Positions 40,764 to 51,220 of a stretch of 64,000 bases of DNA are shown here, one piece after another. The notes beneath the pieces are model-generated. The model was not told where the DNA came from and did no database searches. It saw only the letters and a list, made by a program, of their open reading frames with translations. The translations under genes were made by a program, and so were the position numbers. Location: positions 1-64,000 of the forward strand of contig JABLTJ010000013.1 in the NCBI GenBank assembly GCA_013166775.1, in the 5' to 3' direction. Source of the DNA: Promethearchaeati archaeon. Lineage in GTDB: Archaea; Asgardarchaeota; Heimdallarchaeia; Heimdallarchaeales; Heimdallarchaeaceae. Within the stretch, counting starts at the first letter, position 1. Every line of letters begins with the position of its first letter.

Positions 40764-42755
40764 CTATTTCTTCTTCTTTACTATAACTGAAATTACTACA
40801 ATAGCTATCATAATTACATAAGACTCTAAAGCTGATTTATTTGGATTATCTGGATTCAGTGGATCATAACTATTTTCTACCTCTTCTCCGTCAGATATAC
40901 CATCACCATCAGTATCATTGTTGTTTGGATCTGTGAGATGGATTAAAACCTCATCACCATCAGTTAAACCATCAGCATCTGAATCTTTTTCTGTTGGATC
41001 AGTTTCATAATCATTAACTTCGTCTCCATCTAAGAGTCCGTCTAAATCAGTATCATTGTTGTTTGGATTAGTAAAATAGACTTGCACCTCTTCACCGTCT
41101 TTCAATCCGTCTTCATCTGTGTCATCATTCTTTGGGTCTGTTTCATATTCATTAACTTCTTCGCCATCTTTTAATCCATCACTATCAGTATCACTTTTCA
41201 TTGGATGTGTATTAAGAGCATATTCCTCAATGTTAGTTAAATCATCGTCATCTGGATCTTCAGCAGAATCATCATTCCATGGATCAAGGTTCTTTTCAAC
41301 TTCCCATTTCGGGTCCATTCCATCGTCATCTGTGTCTTCCAAAGGATATAAATCTGAAGTTCCTGCAGTTCCTCCGATTGGATAATCTCCTGTACCTGAC
41401 CAATCATCCCAATAATTTCCTTTCTCTGTACTTGTATTATACCATATATTATCTAGTCCATCATCTTTTACCTGTGTTCCACCATTGTTATTTTCAATGA
41501 AGATATTTCTATAGATTTTATTGTTGTCTGAAGTATCTCCCCAACCGGCAAGGTTAATCCCATGCTCAGTACAGTATTTGATTACATTCTGATAAATTTC
41601 ACAATAATTTGATTCAGCAAAATACATTCCATATTGAGTACTGGTTTCAATAAAATTATTTCTTATTATTATATACTCAGACATCGGAAGATACATTCCA
41701 TATTCCCAATTATCTTTACATGTATTGTTATCTATAATACAGTAAGTAGACAAATCAACATAGATTCCTATATTTTGTCCTTGGCAAAGATTATTTCGGA
41801 TAATAACATTACTAGAGAATTCATAAACATATATCCCAAAATCTCCATCTTCATCATATTGATTGTTTTCTATGATAACATTTGTTGATTTATGCACAGT
41901 AATAGTTCTATCTTCTAGTTTATTATGAGCAATATTTACATTATTAGAACCCGTTACTTCAATACCACAATAATTATTTTCAATAATCACATCATTACAA
42001 TAGAAAAGAAATATTCCCTTAGAAGGAGATTTCATCTCTTGATTTATTATTTGAATATCACTACAATCAATTAGAAAAATCTGACCATAATCTGAAGCTG
42101 AAAAAGTTAGACTTGAATTACCAACAAACCAAGCTATAGGTTTTCCATTTAGAGTATTATCGTTGATTTGCATTGTCGAAACTTCAGATAAATCAACATC
42201 ATACATGATACTAATTCCACCTTGAGTAAATTCATTATCTTCTATAACTACAAAGGGTGAATACTCAATATGTATCCCACCCCATTCATTGTTTTCCAGT
42301 GTATTATTAGCAATTATTGCATAAGATGCACTATACAAAATGATTCCTCCGTGTGTATCCCTTATTGTGTTTTCCAGAATCTGGACAGTATTGAGTCCTA
42401 CTGATGAAATATAAATTGCAATTGTAAAGCCTTCTATCAAACAATTTTGAATTACAAAATTTTTAGTAGTAGATGTTATCTCTATTGCAGTACCTGAATC
42501 AGCAGAGATATGATAATCCTCTATTCTGTAGGGATTACCTGGAGATCCATCTCCTGGGAATCCATATGATATGAAATCAGCATCGCTATCAATTTCAATC
42601 GGCAAATAAATTGTATATGTAAGATTCGAGGAATTATTTTCTTCCAGATAGGTTGCTAGATTTGTTCGTGATAAAAGTGATAGATATAACATGAATAACA
42701 AAAAAACCAAAAAAATCGATAGTACTTTTTTTCCATTATTTCTTTTATTTTTCAT
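40764..42755 (-). CDS. Surface protein: right-handed beta-helix (NosD/CASH) plus bacterial TSP3-like Ca-binding repeats, TM anchor
   Basis: PI.I..D.DF...GDGS..NPY.I, GI.L....N.I.NN repeats, GNYWDDW, DTDxDGLxDGxE repeats, TM plus KKKK. Confidence 0.82.
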   Translation of the reverse strand: MKNKRNNGKKVLSIFLVFLLFMLYLSLLSRTNLATYLEENNSSNLTYTIYLPIEIDSDADFISYGFPGDGSPGNPYRIEDYHISADSGTAIEITSTTKNFVIQNCLIEGFTIAIYISSVGLNTVQILENTIRDTHGGIILYSASYAIIANNTLENNEWGGIHIEYSPFVVIEDNEFTQGGISIMYDVDLSEVSTMQINDNTLNGKPIAWFVGNSSLTFSASDYGQIFLIDCSDIQIINQEMKSPSKGIFLFYCNDVIIENNYCGIEVTGSNNVNIAHNKLEDRTITVHKSTNVIIENNQYDEDGDFGIYVYEFSSNVIIRNNLCQGQNIGIYVDLSTYCIIDNNTCKDNWEYGMYLPMSEYIIIRNNFIETSTQYGMYFAESNYCEIYQNVIKYCTEHGINLAGWGDTSDNNKIYRNIFIENNNGGTQVKDDGLDNIWYNTSTEKGNYWDDWSGTGDYPIGGTAGTSDLYPLEDTDDDGMDPKWEVEKNLDPWNDDSAEDPDDDDLTNIEEYALNTHPMKSDTDSDGLKDGEEVNEYETDPKNDDTDEDGLKDGEEVQVYFTNPNNNDTDLDGLLDGDEVNDYETDPTEKDSDADGLTDGDEVLIHLTDPNNNDTDGDGISDGEEVENSYDPLNPDNPNKSALESYVIMIAIVVISVIVKKKK
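40850..41340 (-). repeat. About 7 acidic coding repeats (DTDxDGLxDGxEV...TDP), roughly 23 aa / 69 nt period
   Basis: Visible in the translation of 40764..42755; boundaries approximate. Confidence 0.8.
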
Positions 42756-42861
42756 TTTTTTAACCCTTAATATACTTTAAATATACCTAAGGTTTTGTTC
42801 TTTAATCTAATAAACTTTACGGGATTCATATTAATATCAAAATAAAATAAGATTTGTTTGT

Positions 42862-43803
42862 TTATTTCTTTCTTTTTTCCTTTCTTCTAATTTTCTCTCT
42901 TTCTTTTCTTTCTTTCTTATATTTCTTCAACATTAGCTTATCTAATTGCTCATCAGTTAATTCTGGAGGTTCAATTAGAGACTCTGGATTTTCTATTAGA
43001 CTTTTGAAAAGTTCGATAGTTGGTCCTGTGTAACTTCCTGGCGCTATTCTATCATCAATATTGATTTTTAACTCCATTACTTCTTTGATCTCTATTTCAT
43101 CTGTTTCTTCATTAACAATTGGAGCTTTGTGGATTTTACCTAGTGTTATCAACAAGCTTGTTGTTCCAAGTTCAAAGAGATGATGATAAACTGCAGGTAT
43201 GTTAATAGATCCTAAATGCGCAAGAAACACTGAAGCCCACATAGGTATATCTTTTGTTAGCGAATAGATGGGCATATTGCGATCATCTGTCCATTTCAAA
43301 AGCCAGAAAATGAATCTAATCAAAAATCTAGGCATTGCTCCCCAGAATTTAACATCTTCCTCGTTTTTATTTACACCATAACGAGCTTCATATATTTCTG
43401 CGTTAATTATCTTCTGAACAGTTTCCAGAGTTTCAAAGGGATTGAATTCAATCATTGCATTAATTTCTTCTCCATCTTCAGTCTTTTCTTTTTTAACAAC
43501 AAAAGCGAATAGTATTTGATTTCGTTGCCATAACCTTTTTCCAGCTACGAATCTATTAATTTTATATCTAAGAGCTATTGTTCTGACAGCTGCTGTAAGA
43601 TAAATTTGAAACAATGTGAGCTTTTCTTCATCCTTTCGATTTTTGTTATATTCTTCTAAAAATTCATAAGTATGTGTTAGATCCACTTGAGTCTTAAAAT
43701 AGATAGAACTATCTACTTTTCTTTTCATTATGTAAAATTCCATTTCATGGAATTTTGATGTTTTAACTAATTCAGCATCAGGTCTTCTTGGCATGATAAT
43801 CAC
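42862..43803 (-). CDS. Stand-alone 2-oxoacid dehydrogenase E2-like acyltransferase domain
   Basis: VDLT, INRF, LGS, LGKI...P, IDDRIAPG; no lipoyl domain. Confidence 0.75.
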   Translation of the reverse strand: MIIMPRRPDAELVKTSKFHEMEFYIMKRKVDSSIYFKTQVDLTHTYEFLEEYNKNRKDEEKLTLFQIYLTAAVRTIALRYKINRFVAGKRLWQRNQILFAFVVKKEKTEDGEEINAMIEFNPFETLETVQKIINAEIYEARYGVNKNEEDVKFWGAMPRFLIRFIFWLLKWTDDRNMPIYSLTKDIPMWASVFLAHLGSINIPAVYHHLFELGTTSLLITLGKIHKAPIVNEETDEIEIKEVMELKINIDDRIAPGSYTGPTIELFKSLIENPESLIEPPELTDEQLDKLMLKKYKKERKEREKIRRKEKRKK

Positions 43804-43893
43804 TTATATCGCTAATTACTATTTAAATAGAAGTAACTTTTTTATGAGTAGAATCACTCTTATATATTTATTTCTTCAAAAAAAAGAAGGAAA

Positions 43894-44394
43894 TTACCAC
43901 TTATTGATGTGGATTTTCTCTTCATTGTAACGATCTGATGGTTCCTTTTCTTCTGCAGGATACCCAATTGGTATAATATTGATTGGAAAAACATCTGAAG
44001 GCATTTCTAGTAAATCTTGGAATGCTTTAGTTCTTCCCTCATTAGGGTAGATTCCGCACCAAACTGCTCCCAATCCTAATGCATGAGCTGCTAAGAGGAT
44101 ATTCTGTGATGCAGCGGAACAGTCTTGTATCCAAAAACCTTCTCGTACTTTCTTACTAGTATCACAACACACTACTATCGCAATAGGAGTTTCAAGAGTC
44201 ATTTTTGCGTATTGATGGAGTTCTGGAACTTTATCTAGAATATCTCTGTCTCTTATCACTAAAAATTCCCATGGTTGCATATTTCCAGCAGAAGGGGAAG
44301 CCATTGCTGCTCTAAGAATGGATTCTATCTGTTCCTCTGAGACAGGTTTATCCATGAATTTTCTAATACTTCTTCTTGTTAAAATATTGTCCAA
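43894..44394 (-). CDS. Nitroreductase family protein
   Basis: RRSIRKF, SPSAGNMQPWEF, QDCSAASQNILLAA..LGLG..W, IGYP. Confidence 0.92.
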   Translation of the reverse strand: MDNILTRRSIRKFMDKPVSEEQIESILRAAMASPSAGNMQPWEFLVIRDRDILDKVPELHQYAKMTLETPIAIVVCCDTSKKVREGFWIQDCSAASQNILLAAHALGLGAVWCGIYPNEGRTKAFQDLLEMPSDVFPINIIPIGYPAEEKEPSDRYNEEKIHINKW

Positions 44395-44489
44395 ATAATC
44401 ACCTTTAGAATTTTCTTTGTTCTATGTTCTATAAAAGTTTTGGACAGATAATAGTAAAACTCAAAAGTGAGTCTATTCTGTTTAGTGTA

Positions 44490-45422
44490 ATGGATATTGG
44501 TTTATCGATTCCTATAGTGATGTCAGCTGAAGAAAAGGAAGAATATGCTAGAACAGCAAAGGAAATAGGAATTGATAGTATTTGGATTGGTGATAATCCT
44601 CCAGTAAACAATGCTTTCCTTGATATTGGAAGATTATTTTCTAGTGTTAAAGATTTGAACTTCTGGACGGGAATAACGTCTCCTTTCTATTATTCAGTTG
44701 AAGTTTTATTTTCCCTAAGTGTCTGGTTTGCTCGAAATTATCCAGGAAGATTCGGTCTAGGTTTGGGAATCGGTAATATGGATATTATTGATGATGTGAG
44801 TATCAGAGCTCAACCTTTCAGCAACTTTAAGAAGGAAATTGATAGGTTATTACAAATAATTAGAGTAAGAGAAGAAAAACAGAATGAAGATGACTTTCCC
44901 CCTCTTGCTATAGGTGGATTAGGCAATAAAATGATGAATTTAGCATTCGAAACAGTAGATAATTTTCTCTTGAATAGCATATCAGTTTTTGATTTGGAAA
45001 GAACGATGATTCAACTAGAGGATAGTCTTCTTAGTGGTCCTAAAGGAACGAATATCATCCCCTATGGAATGCTGCAAATCACAGACAAAACTGAAGATAT
45101 GTCTCTTACACTTTGGAATATTGCTAAAGATATTGCCAAAAGCTGCTCAAAAACCATACTAAAATCTCATGGATACTCAGCTCAAATGGTACAAAAAATA
45201 CGAGAATTACCTAGGGAGAGGCAGTATGAAGTCCCAAAAGGAGAGATTGTTCAAATAGTCAATGATTTTTCCATTATTGGTTCAAAGGAAGAAATAATTG
45301 AAAGATTGAAAACCTTCAAACAATACAGTGAAAACAAGAAAATTCAAGGAATCGTATTCGGTTGGATCTACTCAGAAAATCAATGGGATGAACTAAAAGA
45401 GATTGTTAGTTTTCTAAAATAA
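44490..45422 (+). CDS. Luciferase-like (LLM) flavin/F420-dependent oxidoreductase, Mer-like, divergent
   Basis: MDIGL, A...GIDSIWIGD, GITSP, PGRF.LGLG.G, IGGLG.KM..LA, IIGS.EE; likely start MDIG (ORF track starts at 44424). Confidence 0.7.
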   Translation: MDIGLSIPIVMSAEEKEEYARTAKEIGIDSIWIGDNPPVNNAFLDIGRLFSSVKDLNFWTGITSPFYYSVEVLFSLSVWFARNYPGRFGLGLGIGNMDIIDDVSIRAQPFSNFKKEIDRLLQIIRVREEKQNEDDFPPLAIGGLGNKMMNLAFETVDNFLLNSISVFDLERTMIQLEDSLLSGPKGTNIIPYGMLQITDKTEDMSLTLWNIAKDIAKSCSKTILKSHGYSAQMVQKIRELPRERQYEVPKGEIVQIVNDFSIIGSKEEIIERLKTFKQYSENKKIQGIVFGWIYSENQWDELKEIVSFLK

Positions 45423-45425
45423 CCA

Positions 45426-46226
45426 TTAATTATTCTTGAGGAAATCATATAAAAATTCAAGATTTTTCCAGATAAAGGTTGGTTTAAAATTTGATTCATA
45501 AGCATCTTTTTCATTTGAATCTCCTGTTAGAACTAAAGCACTATAGGTGCTTGCAATATTTGCCATTTGTATGTCTGTTTCTAATCTATCTCCTATGATT
45601 AAAACTTCTGATTTTTTGATATCTCTTCCTTTCATACTTAATTTAATCATGATATCGTTTGGTTTACCAAAAACCATATCAGGAGTTCGATTTGTAGCTT
45701 CTTTGAACATTTTCAAGAAAGATCCAACATCAGGAATCTTTCCATCATCAGTAGGACAGGTCTTATCGGCATGAGTAGCATAGAAAGGGATTCTTTTATC
45801 TCTCTGGAGTAATAGGGCTACTGTTTTTATTTTGTCATAGGTTAATGTTTTATCATACCCCAAAACAATAGCTTCAGGATTTTCAGAGTTTTGTTCTATT
45901 CCATTTCTTTTAAATTCCTCTACCATCAGAGGTGCTCCTACAATGTAGCTAGAAGAAATGTTTTTTTTCTTGAGATATTCAATTGATGCTTGAATAGAAG
46001 TAAACAAATTGGAATAATCAAGTTCAATATCTAATGTTTCCTCTAATCTTTGTTTGTTTTCTTCTGGTGAATAGGAAGAATTATTAGAAATTATAACAAA
46101 ATCCATTTCTTTCTCTTTCAATAATTCAAGCACTTTTGTTGCATATAGTAATGGCTGTGAACCTAAAAGAAGCGTTCCATCAACATCGAAAATAAATAAT
46201 TGGATTTTATTAAGAATAACTTCCAA
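45426..46226 (-). CDS. HAD-IIA hydrolase (NagD-like)
   Basis: FDVDGTL, SNNS, GKP, IGDRLETDI, LVLTG. Confidence 0.9.
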   Translation of the reverse strand: MEVILNKIQLFIFDVDGTLLLGSQPLLYATKVLELLKEKEMDFVIISNNSSYSPEENKQRLEETLDIELDYSNLFTSIQASIEYLKKKNISSSYIVGAPLMVEEFKRNGIEQNSENPEAIVLGYDKTLTYDKIKTVALLLQRDKRIPFYATHADKTCPTDDGKIPDVGSFLKMFKEATNRTPDMVFGKPNDIMIKLSMKGRDIKKSEVLIIGDRLETDIQMANIASTYSALVLTGDSNEKDAYESNFKPTFIWKNLEFLYDFLKNN

Positions 46227-46244
46227 CTTAATAGCCTCTATAGA

Positions 46245-47735
46245 TTATTCTTTAGGAGTCTCCTGAATATCTTGCTCTTCATCAATCTTTGTTTCATGCA
46301 AATCCTTAGTTTCTTTTTCTCTTGAGAACAAGTTCTTGAAGAAAGCTTGTGTTCTCTTTGCTCCAGATACAGTAACTTCCTTTGTTTTATTATAAGCTGG
46401 AGTTAATCTTTCTTTTACTGTCGAAAATGCACTTACTTTTTGTTCTCTTTCTTTCAAGATTTTATTTGCTGTTCTTCTATTTCTCATTTCATCTGCAAAG
46501 ACAGTCTTTTCTATTTCATCAAGTGTTGCTAAGATTTGTTCAATTTTTTCAGTGCTCAACTCTTCTCCTAATGGCAGTTTAACTAATCCCAATGGACTTA
46601 ATTCAAACACTGGAAAATTACCCTCTAAGAGCGCTAATTTGAGAGTACCTTTCAACTTAATACTTGACTTCAGATGTATATCTTTCTCTTTTATTGTCAT
46701 TAATTTAAGATTAAATACATCACCTTTTGATTTTATCAACTTGTAGGTTTCGTGAATATCTTCACCCTCAGAATCAGCTATAGTTCTTATGGCATTTATC
46801 CATGAAATCTTTTTTTCAAATAAAACCAATCTTTCTTGTAGTCCTTCCTTTATTGAAAATAAAGACGTCTTGTTTATTTCAAATTGTTGTTGAAGTTCTT
46901 TGAATTTCTTTGAGAACTCTTTGGTTATACCCCTTCTTGGTAGACTAACTCTGAGATTGTTCATTTCTTCTAGTTTTAATCCAGCTTTTGATGCATAATT
47001 ATCAGTTTTAAGTATCTGTTCACTTGATTTGTCAATCTCAAATTCATTTGAAACAACATTTCCTTCCTCAACTAGTTTTTCAGCTTCTTCTGCTAGAATC
47101 TGCATTCTACATGTTCGAAGAATTAATTCATACTCACCAAGTTCATTTTCCACTTCTTCGAGTTTCTCATTCAAATACCCATAAAATTCTGATACATCAA
47201 AAGAACCTGAAGAAAGTTTTTGGTATTCATCCCTGAGAGCACCAAGTTTTCCTACAATTTCTGAAATAGTTTCCTCGTAAGCTTGGCTTTTTGCTAGAAT
47301 TTCATCTAGAGATAATCCTTTCAAGAAAGAAAGCTTACTTCGTATTTCTTTCTTTATTGTTGGAATTGTCTCCTCTATGTGTTTCTTTCTTTTAGACATA
47401 AGAATAGTATCTAATCTTTGAGAATCTCCCTGTAATCTGCTTTCAGCTGTTTCTAAATCTGAAAATAGATTGAAAACCAGTTTGTTTAGAAGATAGTCAT
47501 TGAAATACTTTGTAGCTATTTTTTCAGCTTCTCGAACAAGAGGAATAACTTTAACTAGATGTTCATTGATTCTGATGTAATGATAATTTATCTCCTCAAA
47601 AGTATAGAGAGTACTGTTTTTTAACATCTCTCCAGTAGTTTGAAGATCATGGTTAACAGTTTTTAATAATACATCAGCTTCAGATTTGACTTCTTTAACC
47701 TTCTTAGGAAGAGGACGAAGTGTTCCGGGTATCAT
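46245..47735 (-). CDS. Hypothetical long helical/coiled-coil protein
   Basis: 496 aa, E/K/L-rich heptads, no recognisable motif. Confidence 0.65.
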   Translation of the reverse strand: MIPGTLRPLPKKVKEVKSEADVLLKTVNHDLQTTGEMLKNSTLYTFEEINYHYIRINEHLVKVIPLVREAEKIATKYFNDYLLNKLVFNLFSDLETAESRLQGDSQRLDTILMSKRKKHIEETIPTIKKEIRSKLSFLKGLSLDEILAKSQAYEETISEIVGKLGALRDEYQKLSSGSFDVSEFYGYLNEKLEEVENELGEYELILRTCRMQILAEEAEKLVEEGNVVSNEFEIDKSSEQILKTDNYASKAGLKLEEMNNLRVSLPRRGITKEFSKKFKELQQQFEINKTSLFSIKEGLQERLVLFEKKISWINAIRTIADSEGEDIHETYKLIKSKGDVFNLKLMTIKEKDIHLKSSIKLKGTLKLALLEGNFPVFELSPLGLVKLPLGEELSTEKIEQILATLDEIEKTVFADEMRNRRTANKILKEREQKVSAFSTVKERLTPAYNKTKEVTVSGAKRTQAFFKNLFSREKETKDLHETKIDEEQDIQETPKE

Positions 47736-47789
47736 GAACTATAGATAAACCAGCCGAGTAATAAATATTATTGAGAAGGAAAAAATAAA

Positions 47790-49922
47790 CTATCCTTCCG
47801 ATTCTTCCTCTATTTCAGTTGTAGAAGGATAATAGTTAGCAACACTACCAGTTTTTGTTGACTGGATTGTAATTAGCGGAGCTCTAAATCTTCTTCTTAT
47901 ATTTGTGTGAGTAATAAGAAATATCTGGGAGAATTTCTTTTCAGCTATCAACCCTTCTATCACTTTATCTCTTCTTTCTTCATCTAAAGATCCAAGAGGT
48001 TCATCTAGAACAAGAACATCCATTTTGGGAGGTTGATAGGGAGATGTTTTCAGAGGTCTTATCCGTTTGAGAAGATCGCTTATACCGATTCTTAAACCCA
48101 AACCTATTGCAGCTTTGTCTCCACCTGAAAGCAGATTCTGACTCTTAACAAAACCAGATTCTTCATCCTTTATGCTCATAACTAGAGTTTTTTGTCTTGT
48201 AGGTTCAAGGTAAAGTTCCGAATATCTACCTCTTGTAAACAAAAAGATATATGCACTTGTAGATCGTTGGATATTAGCTAGCATCTTATTTGAGATTAAA
48301 TCTTCTGCAATAAATCCTTCAACATATTTCTGAACTGATTGTATCAAAGCTATCTGATAATTTATTTTTTCTATTTCCTCTTCCTTCGCTTTATTCTCCT
48401 TAATTTGCTTTTTTAATTGAGAATTCCTTTCATGTTTCTCTTTTATGCTAACAATTTTATTCTTTTTATCTTGTTCCTTAGAAATTTTATTTTGACTTGT
48501 TTGATTAACTTGATCGTAGAGCTCTTCAAAAGAAGACAAGTTGTAGTTTTTAGCTAATTCTTCTGTTGATTTAGCTTTAAATCCTTTCAATGCATCAAGT
48601 ATACTCTTTTCCAAATCCTTCTTTGATTTTTCAATTCCGTTAAGCTCAGTTAAGTCCTCTTTTATATTTTCCACTTGATTCTTATTTTGAATTGTTTCTT
48701 TATTTTCTTGTTCAATCTTCTTGATTTCCTCTTCTTTTTCCTTTATTTCATCAGATTTCTTTGAAATTCCTTTTGTTAAAATAGGTATATTTTGTCTTGA
48801 TAATTCCAGTAACTCTTTCAGTTTAGCTTCATTAATTTCTTGTTCACACACTTCACATGTAGGATCCTTATTTTCCTCTAATGATGCACTTTCGAGACTT
48901 TTCCTTCTGTTTGAAAAAGTTTCTAACTCAAGTTCCAAATTGATTCTTTCTTCACGTAAAGAGTTTATTGACTCTCTAATCTGCTCTTGACTCTTATTCA
49001 AGCTAACAATTTTTTTGTCAAATTCCCCAATTTTCGATTCTACTTCTTTATCTGATATTGGGAGAGTTAGATCATATTTTTTAGATAACTGTTCAATTGA
49101 ACGTATTTTAGATAAAATAATATTCTCAATGGATAGAACTTGATTAGATAATCCATCAATATCCTTCAAATCTTTCAATTCTGGCAGTTTTTGGAGAGTA
49201 TTTTCTAATTCATCTATTGCTTTCTCTATTGCTTTTACATTTCTTTTGGTAACTTCAATAGATTCAGTTATTTCTTCTAATTCTTTCTGAATATCCTCTG
49301 TTTCTCTAACTATTCTTTTCTTTTCTTTTTCTTCTTCAAGAACCGATTTTCGTTTCTTCACTACCTCAATAGCTTTGTCTCTGTAGTAATCGAGTTGAAA
49401 AAGCTCATAAACTATATCTCTTAATTCTGCTCCTTTTGCTTCTGCTAGAGCTTGAACAGAACCTTGACGAACTACAAGTGTATTTAGAATCTTCTCTTTG
49501 TTGATGTTAAGCAGAGATGTAATTTTCTTTTCTACATCAGGTACACCTTCGCTAAGAAGCTTCTGATTGGTTGATAAACCAACTAGAGCTTTATCTCTAT
49601 CGATTTCCATTAAACTTGCTAAAACAGGCTTTTTCTTCCCGTGTTCCCTTTTAATCAAATAGCATTTGTTATCAAGTTCAAATGCAACTTCAACATCAGT
49701 TTCTGATTGACCTCGTTTGATCAAATCCTCTTTATTTCCTAATTCTTTTGTAGTTGTAGGATCATAGAATAATGCATAGAAGATTGCGTCAAATAAGCTT
49801 GATTTTCCTGTTGAGTTTTCACCCTCTACAAAAAGAAGTCCTTCTGGAAAAATCCCTTGTTTAGGGATTTGAACCTCACTATAGCATTTGAAATTTTTAG
49901 CAGAAATCCACAATATTCTCAT
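47790..49922 (-). CDS. rad50: Rad50/SbcC ATPase
   Basis: NFKCY, Walker A GENSTGKS, Q-loop RQG, hook CEVC, LSGG, LDEP, SLD, ITH. Confidence 0.88.
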   Translation of the reverse strand: MRILWISAKNFKCYSEVQIPKQGIFPEGLLFVEGENSTGKSSLFDAIFYALFYDPTTTKELGNKEDLIKRGQSETDVEVAFELDNKCYLIKREHGKKKPVLASLMEIDRDKALVGLSTNQKLLSEGVPDVEKKITSLLNINKEKILNTLVVRQGSVQALAEAKGAELRDIVYELFQLDYYRDKAIEVVKKRKSVLEEEKEKKRIVRETEDIQKELEEITESIEVTKRNVKAIEKAIDELENTLQKLPELKDLKDIDGLSNQVLSIENIILSKIRSIEQLSKKYDLTLPISDKEVESKIGEFDKKIVSLNKSQEQIRESINSLREERINLELELETFSNRRKSLESASLEENKDPTCEVCEQEINEAKLKELLELSRQNIPILTKGISKKSDEIKEKEEEIKKIEQENKETIQNKNQVENIKEDLTELNGIEKSKKDLEKSILDALKGFKAKSTEELAKNYNLSSFEELYDQVNQTSQNKISKEQDKKNKIVSIKEKHERNSQLKKQIKENKAKEEEIEKINYQIALIQSVQKYVEGFIAEDLISNKMLANIQRSTSAYIFLFTRGRYSELYLEPTRQKTLVMSIKDEESGFVKSQNLLSGGDKAAIGLGLRIGISDLLKRIRPLKTSPYQPPKMDVLVLDEPLGSLDEERRDKVIEGLIAEKKFSQIFLITHTNIRRRFRAPLITIQSTKTGSVANYYPSTTEIEEESEG

Positions 49923-49932
49923 ATTAATCCCC

Positions 49933-51207
49933 TCACTCCTCTTCCTCCTCCTGAGTGGATTCTATAGGTCCTGAAAATACTTCGTCAATTATCTGTGCTC
50001 CCATGTCAATGAAAATTCTTGCTTGATCTTCATTTTCTAATCCTAGAGATCTTATGTACCGTTCGAAATCATCGACTGGGTCATCGATTAGATATTCGTG
50101 AATCTTAGCCCCTTTCTCATGACTTATTGGTGCTCTTTTCGATAGGTCATAAGAATCCCATCTAAATTCTAGTATATTATATGCATCTGTAAATACCTCT
50201 TGTTGGATTTCTAAAAGAATATCTTCCATACTCCACCAATTAGATAGGAGAACTGAACCATCAATTTTAATTTTAAACCGAGTAGCTGATTCACCTGCAA
50301 ACTTCTCTTTATAAGCTTTAATTTTTTCTCGGATGATTTCTTCAAAATCACTAGGATTAGTTTGTGTAGTGAGGGTAATATTCGTTTGATGCATTTTTCT
50401 TTTTGTTTCAATTTTTCTAGGTGTTACCTTAGGAACCTCACCTTTCTGTACTTCGACTTCCAAAACACCTTTTGTATGTCCCCTTTCAGCAAAAGTGTGT
50501 TTTTCAGTACTACCACTTTGCCATGCGTTCGTTTTTGTACTTCCTTGTTTATGATCATGTCCGAGTGCTACATAGTCATAAGAAAAATCAAAAAGTAGAC
50601 TATGTAAATCCTCCCCTCTTTGCATTCCATGAGCAACAGCAATAGATATTTTGGAAGAATCAGGTTGTTGATTGTTTCTTAGCCATTCTTCATAGCTTTT
50701 CTCTATGTGTGGAGCTCTACCAAATTTGAAATAAGGGAAAAGAAAGAAAACAACTTCATCAAATTCAAGTTTGAGAGGTTTGTTATCCAAAATTGCTTTT
50801 TTTAGTTGATAATTTGTAAATGTATAAACATTCCCTGGAAAAGCTGCTTGAATGAATTCAATTGTACTATAATTTCTTGTGAGATATGACCCATGATTAC
50901 CATCAATTATTATAACTGGTACTTTGTATTTTGTTTTCTCAAAGAAGTTTTTCAATTCTTTTATTACATAAGTTCGGGAATATTCTGTTGGTCCTGCTAG
51001 ATATCTACCAACAGGAATATCAAATAAATCACCAGAATGTACAACATAATCATAATCAGTTTCTGCTGCAATTTCCAGTGTTTTTTTGAAACCCAAACAA
51101 TAGTCTTCTTCTATCCAAGTTACTCTATTACTGATCTTCCATGCATCTCGTACATCTCTGAATCGACGGTGTGATACATGAGTATCTGAAAAATGAAGTA
51201 TTTTCAT
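49933..51207 (-). CDS. mre11: Mre11/SbcD nuclease
   Basis: SDTH, GDLFD, GNH, AHG, ALGHDH metallophosphoesterase motifs; adjacent to rad50. Confidence 0.88.
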   Translation of the reverse strand: MKILHFSDTHVSHRRFRDVRDAWKISNRVTWIEEDYCLGFKKTLEIAAETDYDYVVHSGDLFDIPVGRYLAGPTEYSRTYVIKELKNFFEKTKYKVPVIIIDGNHGSYLTRNYSTIEFIQAAFPGNVYTFTNYQLKKAILDNKPLKLEFDEVVFFLFPYFKFGRAPHIEKSYEEWLRNNQQPDSSKISIAVAHGMQRGEDLHSLLFDFSYDYVALGHDHKQGSTKTNAWQSGSTEKHTFAERGHTKGVLEVEVQKGEVPKVTPRKIETKRKMHQTNITLTTQTNPSDFEEIIREKIKAYKEKFAGESATRFKIKIDGSVLLSNWWSMEDILLEIQQEVFTDAYNILEFRWDSYDLSKRAPISHEKGAKIHEYLIDDPVDDFERYIRSLGLENEDQARIFIDMGAQIIDEVFSGPIESTQEEEEE

Positions 51208-51220
51208 TATTTTTTCACCA

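Noticed and set aside
40850-41340. Periodic DNA repeat as a CRISPR array or non-coding tandem repeat
   Set aside because: The repeats are degenerate, in frame and encode Ca-binding DxDxDG units; there are no identical repeats with spacers.
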